Shown one piece after another: positions 49,130 through 60,324 of a DNA stretch of 64,000 nt (positions are counted from its first letter, which is position 1; every line of letters begins with the position of its first letter). Source of the DNA: Psammoneis japonica (lineage: Eukaryota); NCBI GenBank assembly GCA_008632985.1, contig QPGO01000070.1, forward strand, positions 248,001-312,000, written 5' to 3'. The notes beneath the pieces were generated by a model, which worked only from the letters and a program-made list of their open reading frames with translations, made no database searches and was not told the DNA's origin. The translations under genes and the position numbers were made by a program.

Positions 49130-50577
49130 AAAAATTCCCCGGCAGACTAGACACCAGCCAGCCAAGTGGCAGGAAGGGGACACGGAAAGTCGGGGGAACC
49201 CAAAAAGATGGTGGAATTCTGTCAAATGTGTGTGCTTTTTCTCACTCAAATTTCAACTGTGTGACAAAAACCTTCTGAACACACGTGCTTTTAACGCAGA
49301 TTTAAAAGCTGCGTCTGAGTGCGAAAAAGCAGCATCACCAAGATTTTGTGGGCATGTTGCAGCATTTTGCTGTCATGAACCCGATGACAACACTGCACTG
49401 CTCCCACAGAATGCCTGGATGGCTTCAGCCAAGCTGTTTGAATGGCTTGAAATCGTCTGTTCCATCGCAGACAATCATTGTCGATCGTCGCTTGGTGCAG
49501 ATTTTTGATTTTTGTCATGGCAGAAGATGGGGCTTGGCACAAAAAATTGAGCATGACATCACAAGCACAAGTTCTGCACCATGCTGCACGACAATTTTCC
49601 ACCGTCTTTGCGGGATTGTGTGAAAATGGTGCTTTCGCTGCAAGCACAACTCCATTGCGAACCTGAGCTGGAGAAAAGCACAAACACAGTCTGTTGCCAC
49701 CGGATGCACAGATGAGCTTTTTGACGTGTTCCAGCCGCACGTGAACCAAATCGTGCACAAAAATGACATTTGCGCGATTTTTGCGCAGTCCCCAACTTGC
49801 AATCGAACTTTCACCACCAAAAGCACAGATTTGTGCAAATGCAAATGTTTTGCAACACTGGCAAGACTCGTGTGAGTGTTGCAACATCATTGTTGTTGTG
49901 CTGTCTGTGTTTTTCATTGAGTTAAAAGATTCGCAACACAACGGATGATTTTCGGTGAAAATGTTGCCGTCACTTGGATGTCACCTAAATGTGTCTTTCT
50001 ATGATGCCACTTGGCAGGTTTTCCACCTGCAAAAAAATCTCAGCATAAATCTGCTGATGTGCAATCAGTGTTGAGTCTGCTGAGGAAGTTTGTGACACAT
50101 GTCCCATGAGGATTTGAACACCCCTCAAAAAACTGTTTAAATGTTCACACTCTAGGAGCCTACAAAAGTCAATCCGTCCAAGCATTTTTGTTAAAATGCT
50201 GCATGCACTAAAACACACGTGAATTGCACTCAAAATCCGATTGTCATTTTGTGCATCACCTGGGACTGGAACACGTCTTTTGTTGATTGTCGGTGCACGA
50301 ATTGCAACTGACCTCAAAACATTCAAGCTCAAAAATTCCACCGTCTTTCCGCGCCTCCTTCCTGCGGTGCTGTGATGACTCTTGTCACGATTTTGCACAC
50401 CAGCTGGACAATTCTCCATGCCTTCCAGATGGGCATGCACACCATGATGCCAGCACCGCACGCGCACCGCACCACGATGCAAAACAACAGTCTGTTTGTC
50501 CACCCAGGCGTGGTTCCTTTTCTTCTTTTTTTGACAATGTTGGATGATGTGTGTTTTGACACAAGCCAGCTTCAGCC

Positions 50578-50928
50578 ACAAGTGCCGCCAAAAAACTCAA
50601 AAACTGACATCCTCGTCGGGCAAGCAAAGTGGATTTTGGCCATTTTACGAGAAAAATGAAGCAGAGTTTTTGCTTGTTTCTGCTGGCTTTCTATGGGTGA
50701 TCTCAGCAATTTCTGCACGTCGCTCCGAAGAATGAAGAAAAGCACAAACAACCTGTTCTGCATGGGGTCTCACTCGCGCGACAGCGCGCACGACCACCAA
50801 GATTTTCTTGCACTGGGAGCTCGTTTTCTTACAAAAAAGCAGCTTTCAGGCAAGTGGAAAGTAGATTTTGAGCTGTTTGCCAAGAAAACGTCATGATGTC
50901 AGTCTTTGATTTTTTCGGTGGCACTTGT
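50578..50928. mobile_element. MITE-like element with ~35-bp imperfect terminal inverted repeats
   Basis: acaagtgccgccaaaaaactcaaaaactgacatc vs gatgtcagtctttgattttttcggtggcacttgt. Confidence 0.5.
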
Positions 50929-53879
50929 CAGCCAGCTAAAAGAGCCACGATGAATGCCCCGCAGCTTCCTTCCACTCGAGAGGAGATCATTGTGCACTTG
51001 GTGTTTGGCGATGGAGGCACCCATGATGGCTGGGAGATGTGCTCTGTTGCGCTCTTTCCTTTTGTGTTTGGAATTCCAACAGGACAGGTCTGCCTGACCA
51101 CAAGCGAAGCGGTGAGGCAGCGCGCAGCCACGGCTGACCTGTTGCGGCTTCAAGTGGAAAGCCGCGATGAGCTCTTGTCGACGAACCGACCGCCAGATGA
51201 CGCAGAACATTTCCCCGCTGGCTGTGATTCTTGCTTGCGGGAAATCTGTTGCAGTCATGGGAGCAGCTTTAAAGACATGGCCACAGCACCTCCATGCTCG
51301 ATTTGGGTGATCACGGGGCATGGATTCCCAGTGATCCGGGCCTGCGTCATGCAAACAAGGACAAGTGACGGAGCAAGCCATCAAATCCCTTTCACCGACT
51401 TGCCTGGACCTGCTCCTTCCATTCTTTCCATCATTGACATTTGTGGTTCGCAATGGGATGCCGCTGCCACATTTGGCTGTTTTGCCGCAAATCCAAACAG
51501 GAAATTGAAGAAACGCCGCGAGAGAGTCGCCGCAAGCGATGCCCCTTTTGCCTGCGAAAACGCTGATGCTGCATGGGCTTTTCGGGTTGGGGCCGCGGGT
51601 GATCGTCTGAATCCTCCCAGTGATGAAGACGCTCTTTCGAAAGCTTTCGGGGATGTTGTCGTCTGTTCTGTTCTTGCCGCCGCAAAGGACTTTGCCGACA
51701 ACGACCTCACAGGAACAGACATGGGCTCCCTTTTTGTCCAAAAAATTTCCTGATTGAGTGCTCATCACCGTGACAGGAATGTCCCTGAGAAACATGTGTC
51801 CAACCCAAAAGCCAACCTGCACCGTCCACAGGCGCTGATGCAACATGGACTGTTGGAATTGAATCAGGATGCTTTCAATTGCAGTCTGTTTGCTCGCCAG
51901 AACGAATGGTTCTTGACCCGAGCTCGGATGTGACCTTCTGCTGTGGCGGAAGCCAAGTCCAATCTTGATTGACTGTGTTGTGGTCTGTTTGCAGGCATGG
52001 CACTGCAGCCACCGAAATGCCGTGGATCGTTTGGAGTCGCGTGCAGAGAAACTTTGGTCAAGGCTGTCAGGTTCACTCGGTCCAGGAATCTGCACAACCA
52101 ATGTTCGCCTTGATTGGGACGAGGAAAGAAATTCTCTTGTGCGCTCCGATGATGGGATGCCAATTGAAGCCTGGGCCTTGCCTTGTGGAGATTTGGTGAG
52201 GATTTCTCATCATGTGACAAACATGACAGTCAATGGCAGTTGGGATGACGAGGAGGGGTCTTCGGACGTGGAGCAACCGCCGGCACAAGAAAGCACAGGA
52301 ACAGCAGATGGCGCAGAAGAGAGAGAAACGGCCACAGAAGCAAATGGAGTAGACACAGACAAGGAAAGGTCGCGTCCCACAGTTTCTGCTTAATCGACAT
52401 CCCACAGTTCGACTGTGGAACAACCCATCTGCTGCTCGAGCTCAACCCCAAACCTGCAGTGGTTGTTCTTGTGGGTGTTTGGAGGTGGCAGGCAAAGAGG
52501 TCTCTCGCTGTGATGGTTGAAGAATGAGCCGGATCTTGTGATGGTTCTTTTGCCCATTAGAGTTCGAAACGTGCTGTCGGACGAAAGAGCGCTCCAACTT
52601 CAACAGCTTCCATGGACACACCTGAAGTTGTGTTTGCTTCACCGGCTGAACGCAAGCAGGCCCCATGCGATCAAAGCAATCTTCAAAGGCAAGTTTGTAA
52701 TGTTGTCATTTGTTGACAAACAATTGATTGTTGGTGATTTTTATTTTAAGTTGTCAACACCAAACATTTTAGTTCATTTCACTGTCAACAGGTGGGACAC
52801 TCTCCATCTGGTCACCAGGGCAAAATCTTGTGGTTTGAAGGCTTCTTAGAGGTGGTGCTTTTCCCATCCCACCAACGCACTTCCGTGTTGATGAAAACTG
52901 GCTTCAAGTGGCATCAAGGAGTGCACGGCAAATGTCCCATGAACGTAAGATGAGATTTGTAGAAAAGAACATTTCCAAATGCACCCAAACTGCTGCCAGG
53001 ACAACGGGAGAACTTGCCAGAAAGCAAAGGAAAAATTCCGGTCAATCACGCTCTGGCAGGACTCCCAAAAACTCAGCATGCTGGAGTTTTTTAGGCCAGC
53101 TTCCCCATCTTGCATCGGAAATTTGGTCCCGGAATGCCAACAACGGATCGCGAAAGACGCGGGGGCAGAAGCAGAATCCCACCTGCGGAACATCAACAGG
53201 CAAAACACAGCAACACCGCCACCCGCCACACTTCATGCAAAACACAGTGACACCACCACACTTCACAAAAAGACAAAACAACTGTGTCATTCTGCCTTTC
53301 ATGAGCTCACAGGTGTTCCTTCGAGAAAGGAGACAAGCAAACAATCTTCATTCATTGAGTTCAAGACCGACCCAAAGACAGATCTTTTGGTTGGCATCAT
53401 CCTGTCACAAGAAGATTTGAGGGGTTTTGGATCCGTTCTCTTTGGGTGATGGTGTTGCAGCTCCCTTGCAATCCAGCACATTCACTCCATTTTCACTGAC
53501 CAGCAACCCCATGCCAGCCATGCTTCGCCAATCTGCCCAAAAAGCCATTGCAGTGCTGCGCCACTCCTGGAACAGCAGTCAGCAGTCTTTGTTTTCTTCC
53601 CTGAGGACCACCCCCGGTGTTGGCTTGTGGCTGCTGCTTCTGCCACACTTGCGGTGGCAGCGACGCATGGCCAAGAAGAAGAGAAAGCGCTGGAAGAACA
53701 AGCAGCTGTGGCAATGTCTCCTCGACGGTTCAATGAGGAACCAAAGAACAGCATTCAAATGGCTGCTGCATTGCAGAGTCATCACCCATTCCGTTCCTTG
53801 GCAAGTTTTGCCATTCCAACCAACATCGCGGCACGTGTGAGTTTCTCATGCCCACTGGACCAATGCCACAACTCTTGAC

Positions 53880-54542
53880 GAAACAACAAATGGCTGATTT
53901 CTTGGCAGCAGATGTCCCCTGACTTTGTGATGAGATGGCCTCCTTTCACAACCAGCCACCCCTTTTCTCTCCAGGGCCTTGTCAGAGCAGCAAAGTTTGG
54001 GTGCATCCCCGCGACAAGACAACAGCTCAAGAGTCGGGCATCATCTCTGCAACTGTTGCAAGGACTTTGGTTGCTCAAAAAGCCAGCATCAACCAAATGA
54101 TTCTTGAGTTGCTTCCGCAATGCCATGACGTCTGACAAGGCATGGTTGTCCAGAGCGCGCAAGATGCAAAACTCGCGTTGGTCATGAAAATTCTTCTTGC
54201 GAGACCAAGCTTCGTGCAGCTGCAATCATGTTGCCTTCCACGGCCCCACCTCTCCAATCCTTCCCTCCACAATCACTTTCAATGAGTTGCTTGCGAAGGT
54301 CCAAGGCTTTCTTCCACTGCTCATCTTCCGCCATCCACCCCCAACGACTGAGGAAGAACCATCTGTTGGTTGAAAGAGCCGCCGTGACCGTCAACACCGG
54401 GTCAACACAGTCTCCAGAATGCACCCGACCAGAAGAACCTTGCCAATTTTTGCATCCATTGGCAGTCTTGACAAGTGGTGACCCAGTGGCGTCAGACGAT
54501 GCAAAGTCCTTTTGTTCTGTCCATTGTCACGAGTGCGCCGAG
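53880..54542 (-). pseudogene. Decayed C-terminal fragment of a DEAH-box RNA helicase (HA2/OB region), split by the LTR element; continues at ~59993-60030
   Basis: AACQHLVE|LGALV...LTPLGHHLSRLPMDAKIGKVLLVGCIL...CVDPVLTVTAALS; CLVAGMHPN. Confidence 0.8.
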
Positions 54543-54716
54543 TGCAAGCTCAAGCTGAGGTTGATGTCAAAACAAAGAAGTGAGTAGACCGAAGAGAGGG
54601 AGAGCCCAAGCATCAGCGAGTGCTGGGGAGCGCTGGCGAGCCCTCTCAAACGGCTGCGTTAACCCAACATCCAAAATCAATGCTGTGTGTCAGAAGCATG
54701 CGAGTGAGTTACTGCA
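54543..54716 (-). repeat. 3' LTR
   Basis: Matches 59820-59987 with 14 substitutions and a 6-bp duplication (caagct) by manual alignment. Confidence 0.93.
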
Positions 54717-54838
54717 CTCTTCCCTTCCATGATCCGAAAGAACCAGAGGATCATGCAAAGGGCCAAAACTAGAAACCAAAACCCAAAGAAATCATGACAG
54801 TGGGAGGAAACCCAGGTGTTGGGAAGAAAACCCCCTGA

Positions 54839-57800
54839 TCAACCACGAAAAGGAATCAGGTGCCGAATGTTGAGGCGCTCAACCACATGAGGAGCTCGAC
54901 GAAGCGAAAGCATGCCATTCACATGCACTTGAACAATGGGACAAGGGCCATGAGCATGAGGCTCGAGTCTGGACGGGTCAACCGACTTGATTGGAACTTG
55001 ATCACCCACTTGACAATCGTGGGATCTTCTCTTGGCATTGGCTCTTTGCAAATTGTCGTTGATCAGCATCTGGCGATGGCCTTGGATCATCAACAAGTCA
55101 GCTGGTGCAGGGACATCTAGGATCATGTCACGTCCGAACACCACAGCACCAGGTGAAGTCTGCAAAGAACGGGAAACAGCACAGCGAGTTGCACACATTG
55201 CAGTTGCCAAAGCATCGTCCACAAGGCTAGCTGCATTTTGAAGATTTTGAGGTGGATTAGAAGCAATGAGCGTGTGCAACACATTGCCGATGGTTTGGTG
55301 CATTCATTCACAAATGGCGTTGGCTTGAGGGTTGTACGACGTAGTCGGCACATCGTCAATTCCGGCTTGTTGCAACAGCATCTGAAAATCGCACCCGGTG
55401 AACTCGCCGCCGTCATCGTAGATGCATCGATTCGGTCTGGGATGGCGTGCAAGCCAGCAGTTTTCAAATTGGTTGGCAACATGTCGGGCAGTTTTATTTT
55501 CAATTCTCACAAGTTCAACAAGATTGGAGACAGGATCAATGCAGGTCAATGCCCGAAACTCAATCTCTCCATTCGGCACTTTGATTTTCCACGGGCCAAT
55601 GAGGTCAACCGCCGCTTCCGACCAGGGAGTTAATGGGGCTTCTCGCTCGGGCAACTCTCCACAGCCAGGACCCAAAGTTTTGTTGCGTTGGCAATCAGCA
55701 CAAGAGCGTTCATCACACATGCGACGCAACCCAGGATGACAACAATGAGCCTGGATCGTTTCACGCACACGCTGGCTTCCGGCATGGCCAAGGACGAGAT
55801 GACACCACCGCAAGATGTCGGGCACAAGCGCAGTCGGCAAACAGATTTTCCACTGTCCTGGAGGATCATTCGGTCACGTGCGACAACACACAAGCGGTCG
55901 ATCATTCACATGTTCCACGAGGAAACGATCAGGGTGAGCAACGTGCATCTGGTTCAACTGTTGGTCCTCGAACTGGTGCTCTTGAATGCGTTGTGACATC
56001 ATCGGATTCTGCATCTCTTGCATCGTAGGGCAATTCAAGAAAGAATCGAACAGTTCCGGCTCATCCACAAAGAAAGAGAAGAAGTGTGAGTGGCACTCAT
56101 TTTCAATGTTGCGACAACACTTGAATCGGCATGCACCGAGCTCCAAGTCCTCATCGCGGAAATCCTCAACTTCGGATGGTTCCTCACTCGGCACCAACTT
56201 CGAATCGAGCGGAGCAAAATCAACAACAGTTCCTTTACCCGGAGCCAAGCTCTTCCCTTCAGAGGGAGGATCCGCATGAGGCAAACAAGAAAAACAATCA
56301 GCCAAGACATTCAATCAGCCTTCAATGCAATGAAACTGAGGAGAAAAGTCTTCCAGAAAGAGTTGCCAATGAAGCACGCACTGTGAATTCAAGGTGCAAA
56401 AGGCAAGGTTCTTGTGGTCAGTGAATGCATGCAAGTCGCCGCCAAGGAGCATCGATCGGCATTCTCGGAAGCACATGACAATGGCCAACAGTTCTTTTTC
56501 GATCGTTGAGCAGTTTTGTTGCGCCGCATTTAGCTTTCGAGACCAGCATGCAACAGGTTTTCCATCCTGCACAATCACTGCGCCCATCTGGTGATCACTG
56601 GCATCGGTGTAGACATGGAAGGGTTTGTTGTGATTCGGATGTGCCATTGATGTTTCGGCCGCTGGGACTGCTTTCATCTCATCGAACGCCGCCTGACATT
56701 CCGTTGTCCACGTCCATGAGCCTTCACCTGTAAGATCTGTCAAGGGTTTTGACAGGTGAGAACGCCAAGGCCACACATTGCGACAATGCGTTGCAGCGCC
56801 AAGGAACGAATGAAGCTGCTTGATGTTTTCCGGAGGTTGCATTCGCAGGACAGCCTCCACCTTTTTCTTCCACGGACAAATTCCAGTCGGGGTTGGCCAA
56901 TGCCCAAGGAAATCCGTTTCCTGCACACACCATTCGCATTTCAAGGGATTTACTTTGAACCCAGCTTCTTCCAAGCATTGTAAGAGTTCATCAAGACGGT
57001 CAAGGTGAATGTCAAAGTCATCATCAAATTGAGCGAGATCATCAATGTGCGCATCAACGTCCAAGTCGTGCACAGTTTTCTCAATCAAACATTGCGCAAT
57101 GTCTGGAGCCGGCTTCAGACCCATTGCCAAATGGCAGTGTCGGCACTTTCCAAAGGGTGTCACGATTGTTGTCAATCCTTGGAATCGTCACTCAATTCGA
57201 ACGTGTGGCACATCATTGAGAGGTCCAATTTGGTCAAAAACTTGCACCCGGCTCTCTTCTGCAGCACATCTTGAATGATCAGCAAAGGACAAACCTTGCG
57301 CTTGAGGGCTTTGTTGAGTTCCCGAAAATCGCTGAGCCACCGCACTCGACCATCCTTCTTCGGCCGAATAAAAGCACCAGCAGCCCATTCCGTTGTTCCG
57401 GCTTCTTCAAGAATGCCAAGAGCCACCAAATGATCCAGTTCTCGTTTGAAAGTCTCGAGATCATTGTGCGGCACTGCACGCACTCGAGAATGGTGAGGAA
57501 CAGCGTCAGGATCAATGTCAAGGTGAACTTTTTCGCCAGCATGCTTGCCAAGAGTGCCATCAAAAAGAGCAGTGTGTTTTTCCAATGCGAGGCGTAATTT
57601 TTCTTGATGTTCGGCAGTGAGATGCTTTTGAGCCGACGCTGCTTCAGAAGGGGACGTCTCCTCATGCTTTGCATCGAGGATGTGGCTGTCCCATGCATCA
57701 TCATCGTTGGCCAGCTCATCAGTCAATTCGTCAAGCCACTGCTGGATGCCAATCCGATGGTTTCTTGGTTTCATTGCAATGCTTGAATCAAGCCACTTGA

Positions 57801-58212
57801 CAATTCCGTGTTTGAAATCTAACATGATGCCTGCTCTCGCCAAGAAGTCCTGTCCAAGGATCATGTCGTGCTGGCAAGGTGAGTCAAACACATGCGCATG
57901 CATGCCATCAACACGTTTGGTCTTGTCAAATTCAGGGAGCACCACATCCCGCAGTCGAACGTAATGAGTGGATTTGAATTCTCCCGCCAACGTCCAAAAC
58001 TTCGCAACAATTGGTCCTGTGTCCTCCAATGCTGGTGCCACTCCAACTGGCAACACCCAAGCATGAATCATTGAATGGGTTCCACCAGAGTGAGTGACAC
58101 CCGCATCACGCACTTGCTTTCCTTGTCTTGAATGAATCACGCCGCGAATGAGGTTGCAGGGACCACGTTTAAAGGTTTGGTTGGTTTTGTTTTTGGGGTT
58201 GGTGCAGCGCAC
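54839..58212 (-). pseudogene. pol: gypsy pol (protease, RT, RNase H, integrase), with stops and frameshifts
   Basis: DMILGQDFL, PKKDGRVR..DFRELN, HIDD (from YIDD), YTDASD...EKELLAI...TDHKNL, VDLIGP and NPQANAICE. Confidence 0.92.
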
Positions 58213-58379
58213 TCAAGTCCCACATCGTCTTCGTCATTCACAATGTAATTTTCAAAATCGTCATCATCAAACAAATCAGCAGCATGTGCATGACAATCAT
58301 CAACGCAATCAGTGCAATCATCAAACACACAGGAATCAGGAGCGACACACTCGGACGACAGCTCTTCAAGCTCATTGGG

Positions 58380-59619
58380 TCAGTGTCGACCGCGTCCCGA
58401 GAAGCGACCACCAGGTCGAAAACTTCCCGCTCCACCTCGATGCTCACGAGGCCCTCCTGTGGAATCAAGATGATGGCTTTCAGCAGGCCAATCATTGGGA
58501 GGAGCCATTCTGGCCAGATTGCCGTAACCGCCGCCATCTGCATTGGTTCGGGTGTCGTTTTGACATTGCATGTAGGAGCCACCATCTTCATGATGCTCGC
58601 CGCTGTTGCCACCAGAGTTGCAGTTTCCTCGACCGCCACAATTTCCTCGGCCACCACCACGACCTTGATGGCCACGGCCTTGCCAGCCACGACCTTGATT
58701 TCTGCCACAACCACGACCTCCACCACGACCGCCACCTCGACCACCACGGCCACCACATCCGCAACCGCCACGATCAGTTCTTGGACGGCAGTTGTTGGAG
58801 TCGGGATTCATGGCGCAATCTTTCCACTTGTGATTGTGAGTGTGCAACGGACATTGGGATTCTGGGTCAATGCGATTGCCTTTCTTCTTGTTCGAGCCGC
58901 CTTCATGCTGTCCATCTTTGTGCTTTTTTGACGTCTTCTTGTTCCCACCCGCAAACGATTTCTCCGTGCTCATGTGCTTGACCATTTCCGCCAGTGCATC
59001 ATCTCCAATCATGCGTCCTGCCTGCTCTTGTGCACATCTCACGCCACGACAGAGGGAAGCCATCGAAAATCATCTTCTTTTTCTGGTTCTGAGCAATGAC
59101 TGGATTATTTCCCGGCAACTTGTTTGTGCATTGCACCAAAGTTTCCATTCGATCCGCGTGTGCCTGTGCTTCAACGTCATGCGGCTTTTTAAGAGCAAGC
59201 AAGCATTCAATCATCGTGTCACGAGCTTCAGTTTCACAATGCGACAAACAAAGATGAGCCAACTCTTGGTCGAAACGAGCTGCCGTCTTCTGCTCATCCG
59301 GAATTGCCATGGTGAGATTGGACCATTTGTCTTCAGCTGCACCCGCCAATGCTTCTTCAAAATTGTCAAACAATTCTTCTCCTGCAGTGAATTCGAGTTT
59401 TGCAGCCAGTTTACCAAAACGATCTTCTACAAACAACAACGCTTCAATTCCATCACTTCCGTCAAAACAAGGGCACTTTTTCGTGCGCGTGCTGCCATCA
59501 TCGTGCGATTGAGTCAATTTTGCGAGCTCCAAATCCGAATGAGCAAATTTCGCAGCATGCAAAATGCACGGTTCCTTGAGGCTCTCGTGATTGCTCATCA
59601 GGCCAAGTTGGTCCACCAA
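58380..59619 (-). pseudogene. gag: gypsy gag-like ORF with Cys/His knuckle and Gly/Arg-rich tail
   Basis: Position between the 5' LTR and pol; CPLHTHNHKWKDC; RGG-rich segment. Confidence 0.75.
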
Positions 59620-59819
59620 GAAACTGTTTCAAGTGCTCTACCTTCGATTCGAGTTGTGCCACCCAAATCGCCAAATCCTGTTTGCGTTGTTTTCGTGTCT
59701 CCTTTTCTCGTTTTTGTTCCAAAGCCCAATTCGCTGCCTTCGCTCTCAAAGTTCTTTTCTGTTGTTTCGCAAGCCTGTCAGTTGCATCGTTGTTTCTCAT
59801 TCAGCTCTTTACAATCGAC

Positions 59820-59987
59820 TGCAAGCTGAGGTTGATGTCAAAACAAAGAAGTGAGTAGACCGAAGAGAGGGAGAGCCTAAGCGTCAGCGAGTGCTGGCGA
59901 GCGCTGGCGAGCCCTCTCAAACGGCTACGTTAATCTAACATCCAAAATTAATGCTACACATTAGAAGCGTGCGAGTGAGTTACTGCA
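59820..59987 (-). repeat. 5' LTR
   Basis: See 3' LTR; followed on the + strand by TSD CCGAG. Confidence 0.93.
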
Positions 59988-60324
59988 CCGAGACCTCGAC
60001 CAGGTGCTGACACGCCGCAACTACTTGGGTAACATGTTAAATTACCGTACATAGGGCCTAGTTATGAAAAACTCTATACCGGTATCATGCATTTCACCCC
60101 AAAATGAGTGGCCCACGAGCGACAATCCCGCTTTTACACCAACGTGGAATTCTACGAACAGTCGTATGGTACAGTACCACGAAACGACGTGGTGCGCGCA
60201 ACATGATGACGGGTGTGCGACTGGATGCACGACAGCATTGCAAAAAGAGTTTATTGTTGTTGGCAGAGAGACAACAACATAAAAGTAGAAACTCTTTTTT
60301 TTTTTACAACAAGAGAAACATTAA

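Larger units (their letters stand above)
54543..59987 (-). mobile_element. Full-length, inactivated Ty3/gypsy LTR retrotransposon
   Basis: LTRs 54543-54716 and 59820-59987 (TG...CA); TSD CCGAG at 54538-54542 and 59988-59992; PPT ggaagggaagag next to the 3' LTR; order gag-PR-RT-RH-IN. Confidence 0.95.

Noticed and set aside
49230..49700. hAT-like transposase remnant
   Set aside because: Only a faint resemblance (AKLFEWLE); too decayed to support a call.
56315..57175. Alternative genetic code or a functional HIDD reverse transcriptase
   Set aside because: Neighbouring genes use Tyr normally, and pol has in-frame stops and frameshifts.
54839..58212. ADAR-type RNA editing, RT error or diversity-generating retroelement mutagenesis
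   Set aside because: Changes occur on both strands, differ between the two LTRs and extend to non-retro sequences. No template/variable repeat pair is seen.
54543..59987. Classical RIP or plain 5mC deamination as the cause of the bias
   Set aside because: RIP creates TpA and 5mC decay removes CpG. Here TpA is lost, and in this element many CpGs remain.
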